Shown here: positions 39,075 through 52,665 of the stretch, piece by piece
How the letters are laid out: each line of letters opens with the position of its first letter
Position numbering within the stretch: position 1 is the stretch's first letter
Source: Chiloscyllium plagiosum
Taxonomy: Eukaryota
Direction: 5' to 3'
DNA: 57,988 bases
Assembly: GCF_004010195.1 (NCBI RefSeq)
Contig: NC_057745.1
Coordinates: forward strand, 26,788,231 to 26,846,218
The notes under the pieces: generated by a model
Told to the model about the DNA's origin: nothing
What the model saw: only the letters and a program-made list of their open reading frames with translations
Database searches by the model: none
Made by a program: the position numbers and the translations under genes

Positions 39075-39798
39075 GGTCACAAAGAACTCAACCATCCCCA
39101 CACACCCCCAAACAGCTCCTTTTATACACACAACCAGCACTCACCTGACACCAATGTGACCAGAAGCAGCAACATTGAAGCAATCAACCAGCCCCAATCT
39201 CTACAATTTCCACCAATGATTGAACTCATTGAGTTATTACCAGGCGGGCCTATCTCATTTGGACCAATAGGAGTGGCTGTGAGCTGCTGTGCTGTCACTT
39301 GACTGAATTCAGCTCCACAAGGTCTCATGGTGAAGGCCCCATGGATACAATTATCAAACGTAGCTCATTGATCCAGGAGGGTGTCTGCTGGTTCCTGCCT
39401 CCCCCCCTCACCTGAGGGACTGATTGTGAGACCCACGGAGAGATTGTCTGACGGTGAGGTTTGGATAAAACAAAGGGATTGACCTTATACTATGGCTCCC
39501 CCTGTAAGTGTTTGATAGAGTCAATATAGAAGAAACTTTATTCTATATATTAACTTGTCATGTCCCTGTCTGGGGAGTGTTTTATCGGGACAATGCAGGG
39601 AGAGCTTTACTTTCACTTTCCTTTGAATTCGTAGACTCGAGGCAGTTTTACTCTGTATTTCACCACATGTTGTCTCTGTCCTGGGAACCTTTGATGGGGA
39701 CAGCTTTACTTCCAGTTTTCAACAAAAGTGGAAGATTTTGTTTCAGTTGGAAAGAGTAGAATCTATTACTCTGTTTCTAACTCAAGGATGTCCCTGTA

Positions 39799-40298
39799 NN
39801 NNNNNNNNNNNNNNNNNNNNNNNNNNNNNNNNNNNNNNNNNNNNNNNNNNNNNNNNNNNNNNNNNNNNNNNNNNNNNNNNNNNNNNNNNNNNNNNNNNNN
39901 NNNNNNNNNNNNNNNNNNNNNNNNNNNNNNNNNNNNNNNNNNNNNNNNNNNNNNNNNNNNNNNNNNNNNNNNNNNNNNNNNNNNNNNNNNNNNNNNNNNN
40001 NNNNNNNNNNNNNNNNNNNNNNNNNNNNNNNNNNNNNNNNNNNNNNNNNNNNNNNNNNNNNNNNNNNNNNNNNNNNNNNNNNNNNNNNNNNNNNNNNNNN
40101 NNNNNNNNNNNNNNNNNNNNNNNNNNNNNNNNNNNNNNNNNNNNNNNNNNNNNNNNNNNNNNNNNNNNNNNNNNNNNNNNNNNNNNNNNNNNNNNNNNNN
40201 NNNNNNNNNNNNNNNNNNNNNNNNNNNNNNNNNNNNNNNNNNNNNNNNNNNNNNNNNNNNNNNNNNNNNNNNNNNNNNNNNNNNNNNNNNNNNNNNNN
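39799..40298. other. Assembly gap at the strand-switch point (other gaps: 1522-2218, 13661-14193, 25468-26234, 30254-30747, 46395-46741)
   Basis: Runs of N. Confidence 0.99.
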
Positions 40299-40985
40299 TC
40301 ATGGTAGCCTCCTTCGCTGTCCACTTCACCACCAATTTTGGTGTCATCTGCAAACTTACTAACGATACCTCCTATGTTCACATTCAAATCATTTGCACAA
40401 ATGAAGAAAAGTATGGACCCAGCATCGATCCTTATGGCACACCACTGGTCACAGGCCTCCACTCTGAAAAGCAATCCTCCACCACTACCCTATGTCTTCT
40501 ACTTTCCAGCCAGTTCTGTATCCAAATCTCTGTATTCTATGAGATCTAACCTTGCTAACCAGTCACCCATGAGGAACCTTGTTGAATGCCTTACTGAAGT
40601 TCATATCAATCACGTCCACTAATCTGCCCTCATCAATCCTCTTTGTTACTTCTTCAACAAACTCAATCAAGGTCATGAGACACTATTTCCCATGCACAAA
40701 GCCATGCTAACTATCCCTAATCAGTCTATGGCTTACCAAATACATGTGAATCCTGTCCCTCAGGATTCCCTCCAACAACTTGCCCACCACTGATGTCAGG
40801 CTCACCGGTCTATATTCCCTGGCTTTTCCTTTGCAACTTTCTTAAATCATGACAATGTGTTAGCCAACCTCCAATCTTCCAGCACCTCACCTGCAACTCT
40901 CAGTAAGGGGCCCAGAAATCATTTCCCTCGCTTCTCCGAGGTCGAGGGGACACCTGATTAGCTCCTAGGGATTTATCCATCTTTA
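40299..40985 (-). mobile_element. Degenerate CR1 RT, mirror image of 24265-24960
   Basis: IVSKFADDTKIGG on the minus strand; reverse-complement similarity to 24265-24960. Confidence 0.85.
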
Positions 40986-42476
40986 TCTCGAATCATACAA
41001 TCCCTACAGAATGGAAACAGGCCATTTGGCCCAACAAGTCCACACTGACCTTCTGAAAGATAACCCACCCAGACTCAATCCCCTCCCCTGCTCCCCTATT
41101 ACGCTACATGTCCCCTCACTAACACATCCCTGAGGAAAATTTGCATGGCCAATCCACTGAACCTGCACATCTTTAGACAGTGGCAGGAAACCAGAGCACC
41201 CAGAGTAATCCCACACAGACACAAGGAGAGGTGCCCGAGACTGGAATCAAACCCCTGTCCCTGGTGTAGTGCTAACCAATGTGCCACCGTGCTGCCCCAT
41301 CTTCCCTTTTAGAGTGAATGTAAAATTCTCTGAACAAACCGCATCTGCATTTACCCATCACCAACCCAGCTGCCTTGCCCCCATCCCCAAGGCATCTATC
41401 TATCGCAATCCGAGCTTCCTTGCCCCCACCCCTAACCTTCTATTTATCTCTGAGGCCCCTTTCCCAATCCACAATCCTGATGAAGGGCTTATACCCGAAA
41501 CCAACTCTCCTGCTCCTCAGATGCTGCATGACCTGCTGTGCTTTTCCAGGGCCACACACTTTGACTGTGATCTCCAGAATCTGCAGTCCTCACTTTCTCC
41601 CTCAACACCATCCCCCAACAAACTCCACCAGAGCAAGGTCAGTGTGGGACGCGATACATGAGCTTCCTCTGCTCATTGTCACTGAACAGACAGCAGCCTC
41701 TTCACTTTTAAACTAAATGTACAGCTACACTGTCTACATCAAACACTTTCAATACAGGGACATTCTTGAGTTAGAAACAGAGTAAAAGATTCTATTCTTT
41801 CCAACTGAAACAAAATCTTCCACTTTTCTTGAAAACTGGAAGGAAAGCTGTCCCCATCAAAGGTTCCCAGGTCAGAGACAGCACACGGTGAAATACAAAG
41901 TAAAACTGCCTCGAGTCTGTGAATTAAAAGGAAAGTGAAAGTAAAGCTCTCCCTGCATTGTCCCGATCAAACACTCCCCAGACTGGGACATGACAAGTTA
42001 ACATACAGAATAAAGCTTCTTCTCTGTTGACTCTATCAAACACTTACAGGGGGAGGCATAGTATAAGGTCAGTCCCTTTGTTTTACCCAAACCTCACCCT
42101 CAGACAATCTCTCCGTGGGTCTCACTATCAGTCCCTCAGGTGAGGGAGGGAGGCAGGACCCAGCAGATACCCTCTTGGATCGATGAGTTACGTTTGATGA
42201 TTGTATCCATGGGGCCTTCACTGTGAGACCTTGTGGAGCTGAATTCAGTCAGGTGACAGCACAGCAGCTCACAGCCACTCCTATTGGTCCAAATGAGATA
42301 GGCCCTCCCGGTAATAACTCGATGAGTTCAATCATTGGTGGAAATTGTAGAGATTGAGGCTGGTTGATTGGTTCAATGTTGCTGCTTCTGGTCACATTGG
42401 TGTCAGGTGCGTGCAGGTTGTGTGTATAAAAGGAGCTGGTTGCGGGTTTGTGGGGATGGTTGAGTTGTTTGTGATC

Positions 42477-45400
42477 ATGGGTGATTTTGTAGTGAGGGGT
42501 TTGTTCCCTTTGTTGGTGTTAGTTGAAGCTGTTTGTTGCTCTGAAACATGGCAACAGTTTCTGAGCCAGAGGTTTCCATGGACAATAGTGAGAGCCAGCC
42601 CTGTTCCTGAGAGAGTGCCTCCTCATGGGGGTCCTATTGGTTCCAGTTTCCGAATGTCTGAGGTTGGGAGTGTGTCCCCACTGCAGACTGTGATGGTGCA
42701 GTGTGGAGAGCACAACCTGCTGGTCAGGGCCCAGCTGGATTTATTTGGAACCAGGCACCTGATTAAAGCTGCTGACCTGACCCTGGGGAGAGCAGGTTGT
42801 CGGCCAACCAGGGTCTACCCTGAGAACCAGACTGTCCTCTTTGACTATGGGTTGCATGAGTGTGGCAGTAGATTGCAGGTAATGGGGGTGGTCTACACTT
42901 GCTGGAAGTTTGGGCTACAGAAGGTTCCTGGCTGAGACCATTAATCTTGAGAAGGACCATTCTCCTGCTTTCTCAAATCCTCAGTCCAAGTTCTTCTCCT
43001 GGATTGTCTGTACCTGAGCTGTTCTCTCTAGCCTTGTGCTCCCATTCTCATTGGTTTAGAATCCCCTGATTACAGGGGTTGTTCTGTTACAATGTATGTT
43101 TTGTCAGTATGAATTGGGTATCATGTGGTGATATATAGGTGGTGTTTTGATACTATGGACTTTCTGCAAATTAGGTTCAGTGACCTTCTAAAGTGTGGTT
43201 TTTGACAGTGATTCTTTTCTCAATAGGGAGGTCACAGGAACATAACTCATCGCAGCATAGCCTGTGGCTAGTTTGAGGGAAAGTAGTTCCATTCCCATAA
43301 GACAAATTGACTTGATTCCCTCCCACTGGGAGCTATTTTATGAATAAATTGACTCTCTCCTCCTTGAGGAGCTCTACACTTGACCTGTTGGTAATAGTCA
43401 TTTTATTTAATACTAGTTAATTGTTGTTTCCTCTACTCTTCTGTCTCCTTGCTATTAATCTCACGGTATACTGCTAGCAATCTCTGCTCACAATCTGGAG
43501 GTTTCCTGATAACATCGAGAGTTGACGTCAGAAAGATCCCTGCAGCCTTGTTCCTGTGTTAACAATCACCATTTTTTAAAATTAGATTGCATAGTGTGGA
43601 AACAGGCCCTTCGGCCCAACAAGTCCATGTTGAAAGTTGACCCACCCAGACCCATTCCCCTACATTTACCCCTTCACCGAACATTACGGGCAATTTAGCA
43701 TAGCCAATTCATGTAACCTACACATTTTTGGGATTGTGGGTGGATACCAGAGCACCCGGAGGAAAGCCACATAGACACAGGGAGAATGTGCAAACTCCTC
43801 AGTCGCCTGAGGTGGGAATTGAACACGGGTCTCTGGGGCTGTGAGGCAGCAGTGCTGACCACCATGTCCCTATTCCATCAATATTTATCTCTAACTCTGC
43901 CTGGGAGCCCAACACCATTTTAACCAACACTTGCATCAGGAATTCCATCCTGATTTTTGGAATGATGTAATACATTAAGTTGATGCTAAATGACTAACCC
44001 CCTGACCTGTGACCTGTTGCCCTTGAATACTGGTCTCTCCAGCTTGGTGTGGGGAAAGCAGTCTCCTGGGCCTGTCAAGCTCCCTAAAGAATTGTCACAA
44101 AGGGACTGTGTCATTGTAAACACTATGTGGATCCTTACCATTTCAGATCAGCGCCTCATTCCTTAACCTGGTGTCTTTGAGATGACTGAAGATTTCCTGA
44201 TCTACACCACCCACCTGACCCACATCCCAAACTATCCGGGATCAATCATTGTGAGAACCAATGGTGCTGTTGTTCCCATTGAATGTCGTTATTTGAGGTG
44301 AGAATCTTTACTCGATTGTCAATATGATCCCTGCTGCTGTTGTCTAACACTATCTTAAAATGGCTGCCCTGTCTCCTTGGCCCAGGAAGGGTAATGTGAG
44401 CAGCAATCCCATCAAGCCCACCTGGATCCCATTCAGCTCCACCAGGTCTGGAGAAGGGAATCTGTCATTCTCCCTGCATCTAATGAATGGTATGTGATGG
44501 ATGGCTGGGGAGGGATCTCCTGGTGTCTCTCTCTGGGAGTTGTACCCATTGGCTCCAACCCTTGTCTTGCTGTACTTCGGGTGACTGGCTGACAGAGCGA
44601 ACTTCCACTGTCTACTCCCTGGGAGACCTCATTCACATTGAGGCATCTGTTTCAATGGCCAACCATGTGCCCTGAAGCTGTACATTGATCGCTGTGTAGC
44701 TACACTGAGCCCAGACAAGGACTCCACCCCGAGATACAGCATCATTGACTACAATGGGTAAGGAGCTCTCTGCTTTCTCCAGCTGCTCCCATCTCAATGA
44801 CTTCACTCCATTCACTTCATGGCCCTTTGTCCATCTGCAGTTGCCTCCTGGACAGCAAAGCTGAGGACTCCTTTTCAACCTTTGTGTTCCCGAGAGACGG
44901 GCGGGAACCGGACAAGCTCCGGTTTGACCTGGATGCCTTCCGTTTCTATGGAGATGAGCGATCCTTGGTAAGAGGAAGCTGCTGATGTGGTTCTCCACCC
45001 TGGGGAGGGAGTCACTAAACACTGACTTGTTCTGTGTCCCTCAGATGTTCATCCTGTCACCTGAGTTGCTGCAGTGGATCAGGGAGATTACAGGAACAAA
45101 GCTTGTACTTTCCAGAAACTGCAGAATACGTAAGCTCCCTTTCCCTGTCCCTCAGGGATGTTGTTGTTAGGAGAGGTGATGCACCATGTGGTTGATGGGC
45201 TGTTTCTCTTGTTTAGCTGGACCCCATTGGAGGAGTCAGACAGTGACATTTGTGCCTGTTGCCATGTGGGGAACTGTGGGAGCACAAGGGAGATGCTGTT
45301 CCCTTTCAGAGGAAGGAGAGACCTTGGCCCTGAAGCTGGTAGGACGTTGACCCTCTAGATGTTGGGGATCCCCACCCCACTCCCCCCTCCCTGACTGTGA

Positions 45401-45749
45401 TGTTTGATGTTGCAGAGAGTGATGCTGGATTGAAGTGGGAGGGGGAGGCCTCACTTGGCCCCCTGATCATTCTGGATACTGAGCTGACCAACCTGGCAAC
45501 TCAGCCCCTGACTGAGGGTGACAGAAGGATGCAGGAGAGGTCTTCAAGGGGTGAGTTGGCTGCCTGCTAGTTTCCCTTTCTGTCCCTGTTTTCCCTCAAT
45601 AACCATTGGTTTCTCCTTGTTTTGTAGGTATGGAATCAGAGCTGGGTGTGATGGTGGTCCTGACTGTGACAGCTGTCTGTCTGATCTCTGCTTCATTGCT
45701 GGCCTTGTTCCTGTACAGGCGACACAAGCAAACACCCATCAACTGGTGA
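42477..45749 (+). pseudogene. zp3: ZP3-like copy 5, pseudogene
   Basis: Exons 1-3 are open (42477-42878, 44182-44297, 44386-44489). The exon 4 acceptor is AG>GG (44579-44580). A 1-nt deletion in exon 4 gives HVP* (TGA 44673-44675), and exon 6 has two 2-nt deletions (~45052, ~45064). The exon 2 acceptor is a weak GAG. TATA is at 42425-42431, the stop at 45747-45749 and AATAAA at 45761-45766. Confidence 0.9.
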
Positions 45750-48700
45750 TTGAAATAGTTAATAAAGCAGTGATTCATGGTGTCTATCTGGACCTGGTTT
45801 GTTTCTGCATCCTTTCTTAGTTTAAACTATCCCTGGGTACAATCCCTGGGTTTAGCCTCTCCGGTCCATGAACTGAGCTTCCTGAATGATTGATTGGGTT
45901 ATGGAAGATATTGTTTGCTGTTTCCAGTGAGTAGAGGGGATTGATGACCACGTTGGAAAAGGGCTTTCCATTCACTGTTTGCAGAATGTGCTGGAGGAAT
46001 GGCTCTGATGTGGCAGTGTCTGAGGGAGGAACAGTTGGTGTTTCCAGTCAGTTCAGATTCGCTGGACAAGTATCCAGGTGGATTCCTAATGTTACCATCT
46101 CCTGAGTTGCTGCCAGTCCTGTTGTGTTTGTGGACTGTTATCCCTCTGATTTGTGACCTCTCCAGTATTGGGATTTCACTGATGTTCTAGTCAGAGTTGA
46201 CGTTAAACTGTGCTTAGCCCTCCGGGGTAGGGGATGTGGTTTTAGACATCAAACACCACCTCGAATATGGACATTTTTGAAGGTCTCACTATCTACTTCC
46301 CCACTTTCTCCACCTTCCATATCCTCCTTCGACAGTAAACACTGAACTGTTCTCCCTCCTTGTGGGAGCACAAGATTGTAACAATACAATCATCNNNNNN
46401 NNNNNNNNNNNNNNNNNNNNNNNNNNNNNNNNNNNNNNNNNNNNNNNNNNNNNNNNNNNNNNNNNNNNNNNNNNNNNNNNNNNNNNNNNNNNNNNNNNNN
46501 NNNNNNNNNNNNNNNNNNNNNNNNNNNNNNNNNNNNNNNNNNNNNNNNNNNNNNNNNNNNNNNNNNNNNNNNNNNNNNNNNNNNNNNNNNNNNNNNNNNN
46601 NNNNNNNNNNNNNNNNNNNNNNNNNNNNNNNNNNNNNNNNNNNNNNNNNNNNNNNNNNNNNNNNNNNNNNNNNNNNNNNNNNNNNNNNNNNNNNNNNNNN
46701 NNNNNNNNNNNNNNNNNNNNNNNNNNNNNNNNNNNNNNNNNAGTCAGTACAGATTCTCTGGACAAGTATCCAGGTGGATTCCTAATGTTACCATCTCCTG
46801 AGATGCTGCCAGTCCTGTTGTGTTTGTGGACTGTTATCCCTCTGATTTTTTTTACCTCTCCAGTATTGGGATTTCACTCTGTTCGAGTCAGAGTTGACGT
46901 TAAACTGTGCTTAGCCCTCCCGGGTAGGGGATGTGGTTTTAGACATCAAACACCACCTCAAATATGGACATTTTTGAAGGTCTCACTATCTACTTCCCCA
47001 CTTTCTCCACCCTCCATATCCTCCTTCTACAGTAAACACTGAACTGTTCTCCCTCCTTGTGGGAGCACAAGATAGTAACAATACAATCACATGCTATAGA
47101 GGGCAAGATGCGTAATGGTATTAGTGTAGCTGCAGAAGATGAACTTGGTTGTACCTGACGGAGGCAGTCAGAGCTGGGGCCCATGGCTACCCCCCCTGCT
47201 CAGACAGCTGGTTTCACCAGCCTGCAGAATATCTCTGGGACACAATTAATGCCAGCACCCTGTGGATGAACACACCAACTCCCCTCCCACTCTGCCAAGG
47301 ACATGTCCTCAATTGCTTCTGCTATCAAACTCTAGCCACCCAACAACTGGAGGATGAGCTCCATCTTTGTCACCCTCCAAACTGATGGGATCCATGTAGA
47401 TTTCATCACTTCTGACCTCCTTCCTCAGTTTATTCCCAGATCCAATGCTCTAACTCAGTACTGCCCTTTCTGAACTGTCCAACATGTCTTTCTGACATCT
47501 GCACAGTGACTTACCACCATCACACCCCAACTTCATCTACCTACTGTGTTCCCAGTTACCTTTCCCTCCAGCCGTACCATGTCCCATTTACCTCTCATCC
47601 TCTGGAACCCCTCCTTCCCAAGTTCCTGATTTCAAGCTTCTGCTTGAAATGTTGACTGTTCTCCTGGGATGCTGCCTGACTGGCTGTGCTTTTCCAACAC
47701 CACACACTTTGACTCTGATCTGCAGTCCCCACTTTCTCACTGGTCCACTGTAGTCAGTTCCCAACAACGCCCCCTTGACAAAAGGCAAATTTAAAAATAC
47801 ATTGTCTCTGGCAACTGAGAGACAGAGTACTTCCCCACTCGAGATTCTATCTGACTGGGGTGGGGAGATGGGTGAAAATAGCTTCCATTTCAAGGTCCCA
47901 GCAGCAACTGCTGCAAGATAAAACTACTCATTCTGGTTGAGAGCTTGACCACACACATTCAGGCTGCTTCTACAGTTCCAATTTCTCTATAACCCAAGAC
48001 CTCATGCTGTTTATTTTTACCGGTTTTCAGTAGATAGCTCTCCACCTTTGCCTCAAAGCCACATTAAAAAAAAGGACAAAATATAATTCTTAAAACCATA
48101 GCAGTGTCACATGCTGAAGACTGTGGAATGAATTTGCACTCAGGACTAAAAGCAAAATCCTGCACAGGCTAGAAATCTGAACCACAGAATGCTGGGAAAA
48201 CTCAGGTAGTCAGGCTGCATCAGCAGACAGACACTGCTAACCTTTCAAGAGTCACATCCATCATAAACCATGAACTGTCTTTCCAGAGACTCTACGAAGA
48301 TTTTTCCTACACTCTCTTGGGCAGCATGGTGCCGCACTCGTTAGCACTGCTCCTTCACAGCAGCATCCTAGGTTCGATCCTTGGGCAATTTATCTACATG
48401 GAGTTCTCCCTGTCTGTGTGTAGGTTTCCTCCCACAATCCAAATGTATGTAGGTGAGGTGAGCTGGCTATGCTAAATTGACCATAGTCTTTTGGAATGTG
48501 GAGGTTAGATGGAGTGTGAGTGGTCAGTGTAGTCTAAAGGTCTGGGTGGCTGACCTTTCAGAGGGTCAGTGTGGACTTGTTGGACTGAATGGCCTGTTTC
48601 CACACTGTAGGGATTCAATGTGAATTAAACTCAGGATTCCTTGACACTGATGGCTACCACTGAGCCATCTGTCCGAGACTCGGGCTTCTGTCTACAGGTG

Positions 48701-49729
48701 GGTGGAACAAGTGACATAATGGTAGTGTTACTGAGACAGGAATTCAGTGAGTTAGGTTAATCATCTGAGGCTGGAGGCTCAAATTTTATTGTAGTTGCTA
48801 ATGGATTTTTGTGTTCCATTTTTTTTTTGGAAAATATCTAATCTCAGTAATTGTGGAATGTTGTTCAGGTCTTGCTGCATTTGAACAGGGACTGTTTCAG
48901 TATCTGTGACGTTGTCAATGGGGCTGAACATTGGGCAACCATGAGCAAACATCCCCACTTCTGACATTCTGATGGAGGGAAGGTCTTTGATGGAGAAGTT
49001 GACATGGTTGTGTCTAAGAGAGTACCTTGAGGAACGCTTGCAGAGATGTCCTGGGAATGTGATTGAACATTGATAACCAGAACCATCTTTCTTTGTGCTG
49101 GACATGACTCCAAACAGCAATGAGGTTTTTCTACTGAGTCCAATTTTCCTCGGACCCCTTGGTAAATTGCTTAGTCAAATTCTGCCTTGGTCGTAAAGCA
49201 TTACATTCACCTCTTTACATTCACCTCTTTCAGTCATACTTGGACTCAGCTGTACTGAAATCAGGAGGTGAGTAACTCTGGAAGATCACAGACTGAGTAT
49301 CAGTGATCAGATTAGTGTGGAGGACATGTGCCTTGATAACACTGTTGACAAAATCTTCCATCACTTCACTTGTGATTGAGAGTAGATTCGGGGGGGTGGA
49401 ATTGGCAAGGTTGGATTTGTCCCACTTTTTGTCAACAGGTCACTACTGGGGGCAATTATCTCCATCTCCAGGTAGATGCTGTAGCTGTACTGGAACAGAA
49501 TGGATAGGGACATGGCATGTTCAGGATCACAGCTCATTCACCTTATTCCCACAATGTTAGTTAGGGTGCATTGGCTTCACAGTATCCAATATCTGCAGCT
49601 GTTTCTCGATGTCATGTGGAGTCAATAGTACTGACTGAAGACAGGTATCGGTGATGCTGGGGACTACAATGGATTGTCCCTTTGGATCTTTCTGGCTGCA
49701 GGTTGTTGCAAATGTTTCAGCCTTATCCT

Positions 49730-51180
49730 TTATTCTTTTCCCTCAAACCTTAAACTGGTGCCCTCTAGTCCCTGATTTCCCAACTCTGGGAAATCAACTG
49801 AACACATTCACCCCTTCCGTGCCTCTCATGATCTTATACATTTCCATAAGAACCCCATCCCCCAAGACCCTGAGTCCTGGCAGTATCCTTGTAAATTTCT
49901 TCTGCACCCTCTCCTGTTTAATAGCAGCCTTCCTGTAACAAGATGACCAAAACTGAATCCAATATTCCACATACAGTCTCAGCACCATAACTTCCCAACT
50001 TCTGTACTCCGTGCCCTGACTGATGAAGGCCAGTGTGCACATAGCCTTCTTCACTGCCCTGTCTACCTGTGACTCCACTTTCAGAGAACCATACACCTGA
50101 ACTTTGAGGTCCCTCTGTTCCCCGACACTCCTTAAGGCCCAACCATTCATCATGAAACTCCTACCTTCATATGACTTCCCAATATGTAACACCTCCATTG
50201 CATTGAACCACATTTGCAATTTCTCGGTGCACGTGCCCAGTTGGGAGAAAGTGAGGACTGCAGATGCTGGAGATCAGAGTCGGCAACTGTGGTGCTGGAA
50301 AAGCACAGTGGGTCAGGCAGCATCTGAGGAACAAGAGAGACATCGTTTCAAGCACAAGCTCTTCATTAGGAACAAGGGGGTTCCCCCAAGTGGGCTAAGA
50401 GATAAATGGGACATGAATGGGGCTGGGAGGAGGGGAAATAAGGAAACTGGTGAAATCAACATGGTCCAAACTCATGGGATCATGGTAACCTACTTCACTG
50501 TCCATTACACCTTCAAGTTTGGTGTCATCTGCAAATTTACTAATGATATCTTGTAGGTCCACATCCAAATCATTTATACAAATGACAAAAAGCAGTGGAC
50601 CCAGCACCGATCCTTATGGCACACCACTGGTCACAGGCCTCCACTCTGAAAAGCAATCCTCCACCACTACCCTGTGTCTCCTATGTTTGTGTATCCACAT
50701 CCCTGTATTTCATGAGATCTAACCTTGCCAACCAGGCCCCATGAGAAACCTTGTTGAACGCCTTTATGAAGTTCATATAGATCACGTCCACTGCTCTGTC
50801 CTCATCAATCCTCTTTGTTACTTAATCAAAAAACCCAATCAAGGTCATGAGACATGATTTCACACGCACAAAGCCATGCTGACTATCCCTAATCAGTCTT
50901 TGGCTTACAAATACATGTAAGTCCTCACACTCCGGATTCTCTCCAACAACTTTCCCACCACCGATGTCAGGCTCACCAGTCTATAGTTCCCTGGCATTTC
51001 CTTACCACCTTTCCTAAACAGTAGCAACACATTTGCCAAACCCCAATCTTTCAGCACCTCACCTGTGACTGTCGATGATACATAATATCTCAGCAACGGC
51101 CCAGCAATCACTTCCGGAGCTTCCCACAGAGTTCTCGGGGACACCTGATCAGGTCCGATGGATGTTTCCATCTTTATGTT
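49730..51180 (-). mobile_element. Degenerate CR1 RT with an embedded Penelope-type repeat, mirror image of 13205-15500
   Basis: DWGLANVLLLFRKGGKEMPGNYRLVSLTSVVGK; LGPLLFVICINDL..SKFADDTKL; RDLKVQV. Confidence 0.85.
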
Positions 51181-51530
51181 GAATCATAGAATCCCTGCAA
51201 TGTGGAAACCAGGCATTTGGCCCCCAAAGGACCACACTGACCATCTGAACAGTAACCCACCCAGACCCTTTCCCCTACCCTATTACTCTACATTCCCTTG
51301 AATGATGAACCTAACCTGCACATCCTAGAACACTGTGGGTAAATTCCCATTACCAGCCCACTGAATCTGCACATCGTTGAACAGTGGGAGGAGACGGGAA
51401 AACCCAGAATAATCCCATACAGACACGGGGAGAATGTGCAAAGTCCACACAAAGAGTCACCTGAGACAGGAATCAAACCCATGTCCCTGGCGCTGTGAGG
51501 CAGCAGTGCTAACCACTGTGCCAACATGCC
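51181..51530 (-). mobile_element. HE1-like SINE
   Basis: ccctggcgctgtgaggcagcagtgctaaccactgtgcca head and gaatcatagaatccctgcaatgtggaaac tail on the minus strand. Confidence 0.8.
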
Positions 51531-52438
51531 AGCCCATCATCCCTTCAAAATGAAATTTCAGTTCCCTCAAAACCCCACACATGCATCTACCTATTGCCAT
51601 CCTAGCTAACTTACCCCCACCCCGAGCCTCCTGTTTATCTCTCAGCCCCCTTTCCCAATCCACAATCCTGATGAACAGCTCCTACTGGGAAAGTGGACTC
51701 TCATGCTCCTCGGATGCTGCATGACCTGTTGTGCTTTTCCAGTGCCACACTTTTCGACTCTGGTCTCCAGCATCTGCACACCTCACTTTCTTCCACAACA
51801 CCATCCTCATGAAACTCCGCCAGAGCAAGGTCAGCGTGGGACTCGATACTTGAGCTTCCTCTGCTCATTGTCACTGAACAGAAAGCTGTCTCTACACTTT
51901 TAAACTAAAAGTACAGCGACAATGTCTACATCAAACACTTTCAATAAGGGACATCACCGAGTTAGAAACAGAGTAAAAGATTCTAATCTCTGCAACTGAA
52001 ACTAAATCTTCCTGTATTTTTGAAAACTGGAAGGAAAGCTGTCCCGATCAAAGGCTCCCAGGACACAGACAGCATGCAGTGAAATACAGAGTAAAACCAC
52101 ATCTACGCTGTGAATTAAAAATAAACAGAAAGTTGAGCTCTCCCTGCATTGTGCCGATCAAACACTCCCCTGACTGGGACATGACAAGTTTAGATACAGA
52201 ATAAAGCTTCTTCCATATTGCCTCCCTCAAACAATTCCAGGGGGAGGTATAGTATAAGGTCAATCCCTTTGTTCTACCCAAACCCCATTCTCAGACAATC
52301 TCTCCTTGGGTCTCACTGTCAGTGTCCTCGGGTGAGGGTGGGCAGGACCCAGCAGACACCCTCCTGAAACAATGAGCTACGTTTGATGATTGTATTCATG
52401 GGGCCTTCACCATGAGACCTTGTGGAGCTGAATTCAGT

Positions 52439-52620
52439 CAGGTGACAGCACAGCAGCTCACAACCACTCCTATTGGTCCAAATGAAATAGGCCATCCTGG
52501 TAATAACTCAATGAGTTCAGTCATTGGTGGAGATTGTAGAGATTGGGTCTGGTTGATTGGTTCAATGTTGCTGCTTCTGGTCACATTGGTGTCAGGTGAG
52601 AGCAGGTTGTGTGTATAAAA
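52439..52620 (+). promoter_or_regulatory. ZP3 copy 6 core promoter
   Basis: E-box CAGGTG at 52439-52444 and 52593-52598; ATTGG at 52472, 52523, 52542, 52556 and 52585; TATAAAA at 52614-52620, starting 52 bp before the ATG. Confidence 0.72.
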
Positions 52621-52665
52621 GGAGCTGGTTGGAGGTGTGTGGAGATGGTTGAGTTGTTTGTGATC

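Noticed and set aside
46045-47092. ~350-bp duplication flanking the 46395-46741 gap
   Set aside because: It is probably contig ends from two paralogous units or haplotypes and cannot be called a real tandem duplication.
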